From positions 22,258,001 to 22,322,000 of the forward strand of contig OZ024757.1 in the NCBI GenBank assembly GCA_964016885.1: a DNA stretch of 64,000 nucleotides, in the 5' to 3' direction. Both the position numbers and the translations under genes were made by a program. Positions 53,032 through 64,000 of the stretch are shown here, piece by piece; positions within the stretch are counted from its first letter, which is position 1, and each line of letters opens with the position of its first letter. The notes beneath the pieces were generated by a model that was not told where the DNA came from, searched no databases, and worked only from the letters and a program-made list of their open reading frames with translations. The DNA comes from Eledone cirrhosa (lineage: Eukaryota).

Positions 53032-53089
53032 ACTGCCTGATGAGGTCATAGCCATTCAATGGCTATCATCGAAATATATATATAGCAGT
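53032..53089 (+). ncRNA. Type-I hammerhead ribozyme motif, apparently intact
   Basis: ACTGC-CTGATGA-GGTcATAGCCAT(tca)ATGGCTATcATC-GAAA-TATATATA-TA-GCAGT-a-AATAAA; element about 52972-53135 between microsatellites. Confidence 0.85.
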
Positions 53090-53130
53090 AAATAAAGGAT
53101 TATGAGTTCATGCAATTGACTTATGTTTCG

Positions 53131-53203
<73 letters not shown>

Positions 53204-53437
53204 CTACAGTTATATGGATGTGTAACTACAGTTATATATACATGGCAAGAGAGATATATCATTTTCATCATCAAAACCTCCATTTTCCCATGCTAAGTTG
53301 AATGGTTACCACAGAACAAATCAATATTAATCAGTGCTACTGACCTCCCCATTGGGCTGGGAGCCTGCATCTTATTTACTCATATATACACAAAAATAAG
53401 CGGAGGAATATGTAACCAAAGAAAAACCTATCGATGA

Positions 53438-53481
<44 letters not shown>

Positions 53482-53619
53482 ACCTAAACAATACACTGAT
53501 TCACTGCCTCAGATTATAAAGGGGTTTGGATTTTTACCCATCTTTCAGACATAAAATAGTCGGTCGGCTTATATTTGGATTGTCTTATATTTGAGTATAT
53601 ACAACATATATGTTCACAC

Positions 53620-54070
53620 ACTAAACAGAGTGTACTGGGTGTATTTTATCGGGGTACCGATGTTAGGGAGGTTCTTGTGTCTTTGACAAAACTGTAGAGC
53701 CTCCTCAAATATTTGTTTTGTACATTTGTCATGACTGGATGCCCATTCTATCAGAAATCACTTTACAGAGCGTGCTGGGTGTATTTTATCATGGCATCAA
53801 CATGAGAGAGTTTATTGAGCCCTTGACACATCTAAAGAGTTCTTTAATTGACAAGGTTTCTACACCTGGATGCCCTTCTTATCAATCACTTTACAGAGTC
53901 TACTAGGTGCATTTTCTCAGCATCCCAGCACTAGAGAGGCTGTTGTGCAGTGACCGAAGAGTTCTGGCAAATGTTTTGGTGTGGTTGCTACAGCTGGAAG
54001 CTCTTCTAATCACCAACCATTTTCCAGTGAGTGCTGGGTGTGTTTTATCATTGCACCAGCACTAGGGAGG
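53620..54070 (-). repeat. Tandem degenerate copies of the RTE-type 3'UTR module
   Basis: ctggatgccc..atcactttacagag.gt.ctgggtg.atttt repeated about 4 times; similar at 26750-26950. Confidence 0.6.
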
Positions 54071-54142
54071 TTGTCAGTCATTGATTTGTGTGTATACATT
54101 TATATTGAATAGTACTTGCTGTGCAGCAGCTACAATTCTTTT

Positions 54143-54198
<56 letters not shown>

Positions 54199-54302
54199 AA
54201 ATCACTATGAAAAAATGGTATGCAAGAGAAAATGTACAAGTCACAAAGGAAAAGTTACATTAATAATATAATATATTAGATGCACGCATATAAAAACATA
54301 CA

Positions 54303-54333
<31 letters not shown>

Positions 54334-54799
54334 GGAATATATATATATATATGGAAGAAGTGACAATTATATCTTCACACAAGCAAACACGCACACACAC
54401 CAACACGCGTATATGCATATACATGTATATATATATTCCTATTTCAAGACAGATGGTGGACATACATGCATATGTATATATATATATACATATATTCATA
54501 AACAATTTCAATGAATGAATGAAGTCTGTTCTTGTTCATTGTTGGAGCTTATAGTAATGGAACAACGGAACAACACAGCTTCTTAACAATGGTACACAGA
54601 AATAACCAGGATAAAAAGTTCCAAAATATCTCCACGTACATATGATTTGCTAAAATAGTTTTTGTTGCAATATATTATATTTTTTTTCCTTCTTTAAGCC
54701 GCCTTTTTTAACAGATGGCAACGAGGACACGAAACTACTGTGGAAAAGGCATGCAGGTATAACATTTTTATGTGTCTCAAAGGAAGAATACTTTAATCT

Positions 54800-56280
54800 T
54801 TTCATTACCATATTTTTTATGATTGTCAATTAAATGAAGAATTTAGAAGGATATAATAGGATAACTAACTTTCATATTATTAAGATGGTGTTTGGAACAT
54901 AAGTCAACAAATTTCTGACATAAAGTTATGATGGAAGGTTTTTAGGAAAATATAAACAATTAAACCCTTTCTCTACCATATTTCTATGATTTTTAAGAAT
55001 TTAATAATATAACTAACTTTCATTATTACTTGGTGGATTGGCATTATAAGGGCGGTGGATTGGCAGTATCGGTAGAGGGTCGGACACCATGCTTTCTAGC
55101 ATAGTTACGTCCCTTTACGGTCTGAGTTCAAATCCCGCCAAGGTTAACTTTGCCTTTCATCCTTACGGGGTCGATAAAATAAAGTACCAGTAATGTACTG
55201 GATAATTGCTGGCCTTGTGCCTAAATTATTACTCGGATTATGCTTTCCAGCATAGTTATGTCCCTTTACGATCTGAGTTCAATTCCCAGTTAACTTTGCC
55301 TTACGGGGTCGATAAAATAAAGTACCAGTAATTGCCGGCCTTGTGCCAAAAAGTAGAAACAATTATTACTAATGGACATGCTTTCCAGCATAGTTACGTC
55401 CCTTTACGATCTGAGTTCAAATCCCGCCAAGGTTAACTTTGCCTTTCATCCTTACGAGGTCGATAAAATAAAGTACCAGTAATGTACTGGGTAATTGCTG
55501 GCCTTGTGCCGAAAGTAGAAACAATTATTACTAAGTTTGTATTTTGAACATAAGTTAACAAAGGTTCTTACATAAAAGTATGCTGGAAGGTTTTTAGATA
55601 AATATAAACGCTTTAACCCTTTTGTTACCATATTTCTAATGAAAGACATTGCCTAGAATGTTTAAATCAAGAATTGAGAAGGATTTAACAATATAACTAA
55701 CTTTCCCATTATTAAGATATTGTTTGGAACATATGTTAACAAAGGTTCTTACATGAACTCACTCTTTTATTAACATATATCTAATGAAAGAGCCTGTCTC
55801 TGGTTTTCATTTAAATCAAGAATTCTGAAGAATTTAGTTATATAACTAACTTTCTCTTTATTAAGCTGTTGTTTGGAGCCTAACTTAACAAAGTTTTTTA
55901 CATAAAATTATGATGGAAGGTTTTTAGATAAATACAAACACTTTAATTAAAAATATGGTAACGAAAGAGTTAAAGACACTGTCTATGTTTTTCAAATAAT
56001 TTCCAAAACAAGAATTTTGTAGGATTTAGTAATTTAACTAACTTTCTCTTTATTAAGTTGTTTTTTGGAGCATAACTTATAGGTTCTTCAGATAAATATA
56101 AACACTTTAACCCATTCGCTACTGTATTTCTATGATTTTAAATATTTAATAATATAACTAGCTTTCTCCTCATTAAAATGGTGTTTGGAACATAAGTTAG
56201 CAAGGTTCTTACATAAAGTTATGATGAAAGGGTTTTAAGTAAATATAAACACTTTAGCCCTTTTGCTACCATATTTCAAC
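54800..56280. repeat. Degenerate about 120-170 bp tandem array of a MITE-like end, interrupted by three tandem SINE-B copies (55049-55530, +)
   Basis: atataactaactttc..attattaagatggtgtttggaacataagttaacaa..ggaaggtttttagataaatataaacactttaaccc recurring about 7 times. Confidence 0.75.
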
Positions 56281-57242
56281 CAAGCTCAGGGATGTAATCC
56301 AGCCATCTTGTTCAGGGGCACCTCTGGGTCTCCTAATGGTTGGTTTAAATCTATCCAATGATTTTGAAACATTTTAACCACATGTCCATAGGACCAGAGC
56401 TGTGATCTCTTGATGCAGAGAAGAAGCAAATGTACCGGGAGCAATTCCCTGATCTTCAAGTTATGCACACTTTAGAGGAACCCCATACCGGCCATTTTTA
56501 TTTGCGATTATTTTATTTTATCATTACTCAACAATCTAAGATATTTCAGTTTTAATTTAAAACTGAACATTTGACATTATACATACATTTAAAAATACTA
56601 AAAACTGATTTAAAACAGAACAAATTAAAAAGTGGAAAACGATTTCTGGTAAAAATTTAAAGTTCAAATTGTTGATTTTTCAGGATTTTTTCCCTATCGA
56701 ATGAAATAAAAATTAATAGTATTTAAAAGTAAAAAAAAAAAACAAAAAAAACACTGCATATTAAATTTTTGAATTAAATTGACTGCAGATTTTAATTTAG
56801 TTTTTCTCCAGCTAAGTCATTTATCCTTCATTTAACTAGGAAATCTGAAACAATTCCACTCCAAATTTACATGTGTATGTGTATGCACACACACATTCTT
56901 TTTCCCGCCCTCTCACCCCCACCCCCCAAACTAACATATACATATGTTAGTTTGGTGTGTAACAACAGTTAGAGGTGATGTGCTGTTTGAAGCACTCAAC
57001 GTGGTCCATTTCATCTGGGTTGTATTCCAGTGTTACAGCTGTAGTGTGCAGAGTGTAATTATGTCTTTTCACATATAAGTTCGCATATGAAATGAGATGT
57101 CAATAAAAGAGTCGAGCCCCGTCACCTTCATTGTACCACGAGCTGATTGATATTGAAACAACTGTAATGTACAAATAAAGTTTGTACATATGCTGCAACA
57201 CTCACTTTGACCCTTTTAATTCTCTCTCTCTCTCTGTATATA

Positions 57243-58092
57243 TCATCATCATCATCATCATCTTTGTTTAATGTCCATTATCCACGCTAGCATGGGTTAG
57301 ACGGGAGTTGTCCCACTTGAGGCAAGGCTGGTCGGGTGACCATGTCTCACTCATATAGGACTATCTGGCAGGTTTTCTACGGCTGGATGCCCTTTCTAAC
57401 ACCAACCACATTCACAGTGTGGAACTGGGAACTTTTTACCGTGTTACCTACACAGCCACATTACAGCGTGGACTGTGTGTGTTTTTTTTTTGTCGTGACA
57501 CCTACACGAACTCGATCTCATTTTCTCGTGCTGTTGGTGGGAGTGGGAGGATAGGGTAGGGGTAGTAGATTGGGGTGTATATTTGGTTAAGAGGTGCCTA
57601 CTGACTGTAGGTTTCACTTTGTACATAGGCAAGGCGGGTCTTCTGTATTACTGCGTAGCGCCAAAGATCTCGGTCCAGAGACATTGTCTTAGAGAGATGT
57701 AAGTGTGTGAGGTCGGAATTTATCAGATCATCCCAGGTTTTTCTGGGTCTACCTACTCCGTAACTACCATCAATTTTGATCGCCCTGCACTTTTTTATGC
57801 AGCTGTCGTCTTTCATGCACATCACGTGACCATACCAACGTAGTCTTCTCTTAAGTAAACAGCATCTGATCCCTCTTATTCCTAATTTCTCACTTAGTTC
57901 ATTTATGCTTTGCTGTTCACGTATATTACTATTACACATCCAACGGAGCATGCATGCTTCGTTCCTTTCCAGTCTACGCAGGTCCTCTGCATGTAATGCC
58001 CACGTCTCACTGCGATGTAGGATTGCTGTTCGTATACAGGCATCATACAATCTGCCTTTCATTTTTAGAGAGAAACCTTTTGTGGCCAACAG
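57243..58092 (-). mobile_element. RTE LINE 3' end (ORF C-terminus, 3'UTR, GAT tail)
   Basis: KGRLYDACIRTAILH.SETW..RRLERNEACMLRWMC..RRLRWYGHV..GRPRKTW..DRDLWR. Confidence 0.92.
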
Positions 58093-59567
58093 CGGTATAA
58101 GCTCTATATATACAGAGAGAGAAATATATTTAATTATTAATTGTAATTACTGTTTTGACCAAGGTAGCTTAACAGACTAATAATTAAACAATTATCCAGG
58201 TTTTTCCCCCATTTCCAATGAACCAAGGATCACATTATTCAAGGAGTCTCTACCCAAATATAACAAAGTGTGGTAAGAGGTTGAATTTTAGCTGCTATTT
58301 CTAACACATTGAACGACCAAGTAGAGGTTAGCCTAATTACACTAACATTTTAGCAAAAACTACTTTAGGTGATATGAAATAATTTTAGTGTGTTCTGTAT
58401 GAATATGAAATTATTTTGGCTCCATCACGTCCACATTTTGATCTACAAAATATCCCACATATACTACATTTTCAGAAAAAAGTGTCTAATCTTGTGAACG
58501 TATTTTATTAATGTACTAAATTACAATCAATTACTTAAAATAACAATATACACTTAGAAAAACCTTACCACAAAAAATTTACAGCAAAGAAAAGGAATGG
58601 ATACCCAACCATCCACCTAAGGGGCTGTTTAATGCATGGTCCCATAACTCCTGGTGTATCATAGGGGTATCATATTGACATAGAGCATTTTTAAACCCTG
58701 GCATTTTTAAATCCTGGCAGAGCCCAGTTGTTTCCAGGTCTGAATACAGCAAATTTCTTTCAGAAAAGATAGAAAATGAGATAATGGAAGGGAGAAAAGA
58801 GATATAGAGGAAGAATCGACCTCAGTACTTGACCGGTACTTTTTTTTATCGACTTTGAATGGATGAAAGGCAAAGTTGAACTCAGAGAGTGGCGAGCTGG
58901 AACCTTAAAGCATTCTGTCTGACATTCTAATGACTCTGCCAATTCACTGCCTGCTACTTTATATATCAGAATTGAAAACATTATTTGCTACTTATGAAGC
59001 ATTAGTGGAACATTTCAGATTAATAGTAACTATATAGTATAGATTTTATATTTATCAAAAAAATATGATTTTGATTTTAGAAAAAAAAGTGGTTAAGAAC
59101 AATCTTTGAAAACAATCACAACAATTTTTTTTTTTATTATTAAATAAACTAAAATATGTTTTTATAAGAAGGAAATAAATTCAGCCATTCAGTACTACAA
59201 GAAATATTTTATTTTCAATTCATGTCCAAAATTTTATTTATTGTGGGTCAAAGTTACAGTTTAAATGAAATTCATTGCTCTTACTTTAGGGCTGACTATA
59301 AATTACAACAGATCGGTGAAGTGATATAAATTTTTATTTTTTTCACCATCATATAAATGGGATATTTATATCATTCGAAAATTTTAGTGTTTTATTAGTA
59401 TGAAGGATGTTTTGGAGGTATAGAAGAAGAAATAAAATATAAATATGACTGAATCATAATATTATTGCTTAGAGAGAAAAAAATATATTGGATATCAAAT
59501 TGTGAGGTGGAGTGAATAGAGAAGAATATCATTTCAAAGAGAGATATTAGTCAGCTATTATCTATCA

Positions 59568-59599
<32 letters not shown>

Positions 59600-60084
59600 C
59601 TTCTGTCTCTCTGACCAAGCTCTGGTTTGATGTCAATCAAAGCAAAAGCTTGTCAAAAGAGTGCAGGCTCAGTATTTGATGCATCACTTTCAGGAAATCT
59701 TCTTTGAATTCTAAGGGAAGGAAATTGATGATGGGTCAACTGGAGTTCAGGTAGAAACTCCACTGATTCTGAACACAGAAATTAATGAGTTTGTATTTAT
59801 TTAAAGTTTATGCAGAAGAAAGTTTGTCTAAACGACATTTTCATTGGAAACTTTTGCAGTGAGTTTCCAAAAAGAAAGCGAAAATTTTGATATCAATTCT
59901 TAATATTGTATTATATGCAGTAATTTTAGAAATAAGACTGTAAGTTTATGACCTGCTCTAACCCTACAATATATTTAAAATATACACTTGAAGGTTGTTA
60001 ATAATTCAATATTTAAATAAGAAATGTTTTATAAAATGAAAAATGAAAGAGAAATTTTGTTTAATGGTAACCCACCCATTGCTA

Positions 60085-60480
60085 AGCTGTGTAAGCTGGA
60101 GATAGTTGCTTCTGACAGGACCTGTTGGAAGGCATGTTTGTGGACTCTGCCCCTATGTCCCTTCCAAGAAGAAGAAGAAAAAGAAGAAGAAGAAGAAGAA
60201 AAAGAAGAAGAAGAAAAAGAAGAAAAAGAAGAAGAAGGAGGAGAAGGAGAAGAAGAAGAAGGAGGAGAAGGAGAAGAAGAAGAAGAAGAAGAAGAAGAAG
60301 GAGGAGGAGGAGGAGGAGGAGGAGGAGGAGGAGGAGAAGAAGAAGAAGAAGGAGGAGGAGGAGAAGGAGGAGGAGAAGAAGAAGAAGAAGGAGAAGAAGA
60401 AGAAGAAGAAGAAGAAGAAGAAGAAGGAGAAGAAGAAGGAGAAGGAGAAGAAGAAGAAGAACACCAACAACAACAACAAG
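60085..60480 (+). mobile_element. Extreme RTE-type ORF end followed by an expanded (GAA/GGA)n tail
   Basis: LEIVASDRTCWKA...LCP, then about 310 bp of purine trinucleotide repeat. Confidence 0.55.
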
Positions 60481-60751
60481 AGCCCACCCATTGAAACAAA
60501 ATAAATAGAATATTTTACCAAATAAAAATGACATCATATGCAACCATAATGTATCATCCCTTATATTTATATTTTTTTCTTTTTTTTTAGATTTGATTTT
60601 AAAATCATTTATTTAAAATAGAAGCCGGAAACAAAATATATGAAAATTTAAGATATATTTTAAGATTCATAAATATTTCTTGGAAAACACATTTGTTCCT
60701 TATTTATGAGAGTGTGTATATAAATACTGAGAGCATACAGCCTCAGAAGTA

Positions 60752-60944
60752 ATCATCATCATCATCATCATCATCATGATTGTGATCACAGTTGAACATT
60801 CCTGATAAAGTATCTCCACAATTCATGATTTTCCATTGCTCTTGGTAACTGCTCTCTGTTGAGATTTGTATCATCTGAGAGTTGATTGATAAAGGTTTGT
60901 GCAGGGACTTCCTCTATTGTGTCTCCTGTTACTTGGTTCTCAAA

Positions 60945-60982
<38 letters not shown>

Positions 60983-61520
60983 CATCATTGCAACCTGTCG
61001 AACATTCCTGACAAAATCTCCATTGTCCCTGGCAATTGCTTTCTACTGAGGTTTGTATCATCTGAGAATCGCTTGATGAATGTTCAAGCAGGTCTTCCTC
61101 TACTGCATCATTGTGAGTGTGGTTGAACATTCCTGACAAAGTCTCGCCACAATTCACAATATTCCATTGTTTCTGGCAACTGCTTCTTACTGAGGAGGTT
61201 TGTATCGTCTGAGAGTTGATTGATGAAGGTTTCAGCAGGTCTTCCTCTACTGTATCTCCTGAGAGTTGGTTCCCACAATAGTAGCTTGTGTATAACTTCC
61301 TGCTTCCTTCCCCATCAATGTCCTGCAAATTGTAACTGTCTTTGAGCAATTGTAGTTGTTATCTTGGGCAAGTTTTCATGTAAACTTTCATTTGTATTAT
61401 GTTGATGCCAATTTATCTTTTGTACATCCCAAAGTATTTTAGTGGATGTATGCACTATCTAGTTTCTTCTCAAGTGCTTGTGTCAAGGTCCATGCACCTG
61501 ATCCATACAACAACACTGAC
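60752..61520 (-). mobile_element. RTE/RTE-X LINE 3' end with triplicated terminal segment and (GAT)n tail
   Basis: ESVLLYGSGAWTLTQALEKKLDSAY / INWHQH.TNESLHENLPKITTTIAQRQLQFAGH / LLLWEPT..RGRPAETFINQLSDDT; the last segment repeats at about 61120, 60995 and 60790. Confidence 0.85.
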
Positions 61521-64000
61521 TCAAGTGCTGGTGTCAGGGTCCATATACCTGATCCACACAACAACACTGACTCAAGTGCTGGTGTCAGGGTCCATGTACC
61601 TGATTCATACAACAACACAGGCTCAAGTGCTGGTGTCAGGGTCCATATACCTGATCCACACAACAACACTGACTCAAGTGCTGGTGTCAGGGTCCATGTA
61701 CCTGATCCATACAACAACACAGGCTCAAGTGCTGATGTCAGGGTCCATATACCTGATCCACACAACAACACTGACTCAAGTGCTGGTGTCAGGGTCCATG
61801 TACCTGATTCATACAACAACACAGGCTCAAGTGCTGGTGTCAGGGTCCATATACCTGATCCACACAACAACACTGACTCAAGTGCTGGTGTCAGGGTCCA
61901 TGTACCTGATCCACACAACAACACTGACTCAAGTGCTGGTGTCAGGGTCCATGCATCTGATCCATACAACAACACAGGCTCAAGTGCTGGTGTCAGGGTC
62001 CATATACCTGATCCACACAACAACACTGACTCAAGTGCTGGTGTCAGGGTCCATGCACCTGATTCATACAACAACACAGGCTCAAGTGCTGATGTCAGGG
62101 TCCATATACCTGATCCATACAACAACACTGACTCAAGTGCTGGTGTCAGGGTCCATATACCTGATCCACACAACAACACTGACTCAAGTGCTGGTGTCAG
62201 GGTCCATATACCTGATCCACACAACAACACTGACTCAAGTGCTGGTGTCAGGGTCCATGCACCTGATTCATACAACAACACAGGCTCAAGTGCTGATGTC
62301 AGGGTCCATATACCTGATCCACACAACAACACTGACTCAAGTGCTGGTGTCAGGGTCCATATACCTGATCCACACAACAACACTGACTCAAGTGCTGGTG
62401 TCAGGGTCCATGCATCTGATCCATACAACAACACTGACTCAAGTGCTGGTGTCAGGGTCCATGCACCTGATTCATACAACAACACAGGCTCAAGTGCTGA
62501 TGTCAGGGTCCATATACCTGATCCACACAACAACACTGACTCAAGTGCTGGTGTCAGGGTCCATGCACCTGATCCACACAACAACACTGACTCAAGTGCT
62601 GGTGTCAGGGTCCATGCATCTGATCCATACAACAACACTGGCTCAAGTGCTGGTGTCAGGGTCCATATACCTGATCCACACAACAACACTGACTCAAGTG
62701 CTGATGTCAGGGTCCATGTACCTGATTCATACAACAACACTGACTCAAGTGCTGGTGTCAGGGTCCATATACCTGATCCACACAACAACACTGACTCAAG
62801 TGCTGGTGTCAGGGTCCATGCACCTGATCCACACAACAACACTGACTCAAGTGCTGGTGTCAGGGTCCATGCACCTGATTCATACAACAACACTGGCTCA
62901 AGTGCTGGTGTCAGGGTCCATATACCTGATCCATACAACAACACTGACTCAAGTGCTGGTGTCAGGGTCCATGTACCTGATCCACACAACAACACTGACT
63001 CAAGTGCTGGTGTCAGGGTCCATGTACCTGATCCACACAACAACACTGACTCAAGTGCTGGTGTCAGGGTCCATGCACCTGATCCACACAACAACACTGA
63101 CTCAAGTGCTGGTGTCAGGGTCCATGCACCTGATTCATACAACAACACTGACTCAAGTGCTGGTGTCAGGGTCCATATACCTGATCCACACAACAACACT
63201 GACTCAAGTGCTGGTGTCAGGGTCCATGCACCTGATCCACACAACAACACTGACTCAAGTGTTGGTGTCAGGGTCCATGCACCTGATTCATACAACAACA
63301 CTGGCTCAAGTGCTGGTGTCAGGGTCCATATACCTGATCCACACAACAACACTGACTCAAGTGCTGGTGTCAGGGTCCATGCACCTGATCCACACAACAA
63401 CACTGACTCAAGTGCTGGTGTCAGGGTCCATGCACCTGATTCATACAAAAACACTGGCTCAAGTGCTGGTGTCAGGGTCCATATACCTGATCCACACAAC
63501 AACACTGACTCAAGTGCTGATGTCAGGGTCCATGTACCTGATTCATACAACAACACTGACTCAAGTGCTGGTGTCAGGGTCCATATACCTGATCCACACA
63601 ACAACACTGACTCAAGTGCTGGTGTCAGGGTCCATATACCTGATCCACACAACAACACTGGCTCAAGTGCTGGTGTCAGGGTCCATATACCTGATCCACA
63701 CAACAACACTGACTCAAGTGCTGGTGTCAGGGTCCATGTACCTGATTCATACAACAACACAGGCTCAAGTGCTGGTGTCAGGGTCCATATACCTGATCCA
63801 CACAACAACACTGACTCAAGTGCTGGTGTCAGGGTCCATGTACCTGATTCATACAACAACACAGGCTCAAGTGCTGGTGTCAGGGTCCATATACCTGATC
63901 CACACAACAGCACTGACTCAAGTGCTGGTGTCAGGGTCCATATACCTGATCCACACAACAACACTGACTCAAGTGCTGGTGTCAGGGTCCCTGTACCTGA
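61470..64000 (-). repeat. 51-bp minisatellite (at least 49 units, runs off the window) derived from the LINE ORF; frame open as 17-aa repeats
   Basis: tcaagtgctggtgtcagggtccatatacctgatccacacaacaacactgac = ALESVLLCGSGIWTLTP; continuous with LINE sequence at the left boundary. Confidence 0.95.

Noticed and set aside
56926-56955. Perfect 14-bp hairpin as a functional RNA or terminator
   Set aside because: AT-rich, isolated, no supporting motif; probably a local template-switch inversion
57080-57190. GAAACAACTGTA + AATAAA; similar half-motifs near 10320, 14970, 16915, 18425 and 18545
   Set aside because: Possibly decayed hammerhead elements, but the CUGANGA core or stems are not recoverable by eye
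60024-60543. Poly-E/K/R/L/F/S ORFs
   Set aside because: (GAA/GGA)n tract open in all six frames
61439-63964. 841-aa ORF as a genuine host repeat protein
   Set aside because: Unit and downstream sequence match an RTE LINE; the open frame is explained by the 51-bp period; start is a non-ATG codon inside the array
61470-64000. A/G variants in the array (Y/C, T/A, D/G, E/G) as fossil A-to-I editing
   Set aside because: Few sites, transitions are common anyway, C/T variants also occur and polarity cannot be fixed without the LINE consensus

Overview
Repeat-saturated, AT-rich animal genomic DNA. The SINE families, RTE LINE tails and extreme (TA)n/(CA)n/(GGT)n microsatellite load look like an octopod cephalopod genome (inference from recalled repeat families). 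No host protein-coding exon could be supported, and almost all ORFs in the track are microsatellite artefacts. Real coding remnants are all dead transposons: several RTE-clade LINE pieces, a CR1-like RT, an R4/Dong-type restriction-like endonuclease tail, two mariner relics and a probable Chapaev3-like C-terminus. Two tRNA-derived SINE families are abundant, and TTAA- and TA-flanked MITEs occur. The most striking signal is not in the ORF track: about a dozen type-I hammerhead ribozyme motifs (stem I-CUGANGA-stem II-GAAA-usually palindromic stem III-UH-stem I') from several sequence-unrelated short elements. Many are followed by AATAAA, sit next to (TA)n tracts and form divergent fold-back pairs, as expected for non-autonomous Penelope-like/retrozyme-type elements. 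Several fold-back breakpoints fall inside the ribozyme. A second theme is LINE-to-satellite conversion: a 51-bp array (61470 to the window end) and a 41-bp array (47688-48906) both appear amplified from RTE ORF segments. Coordinates were read by eye and may be off by a few bases.
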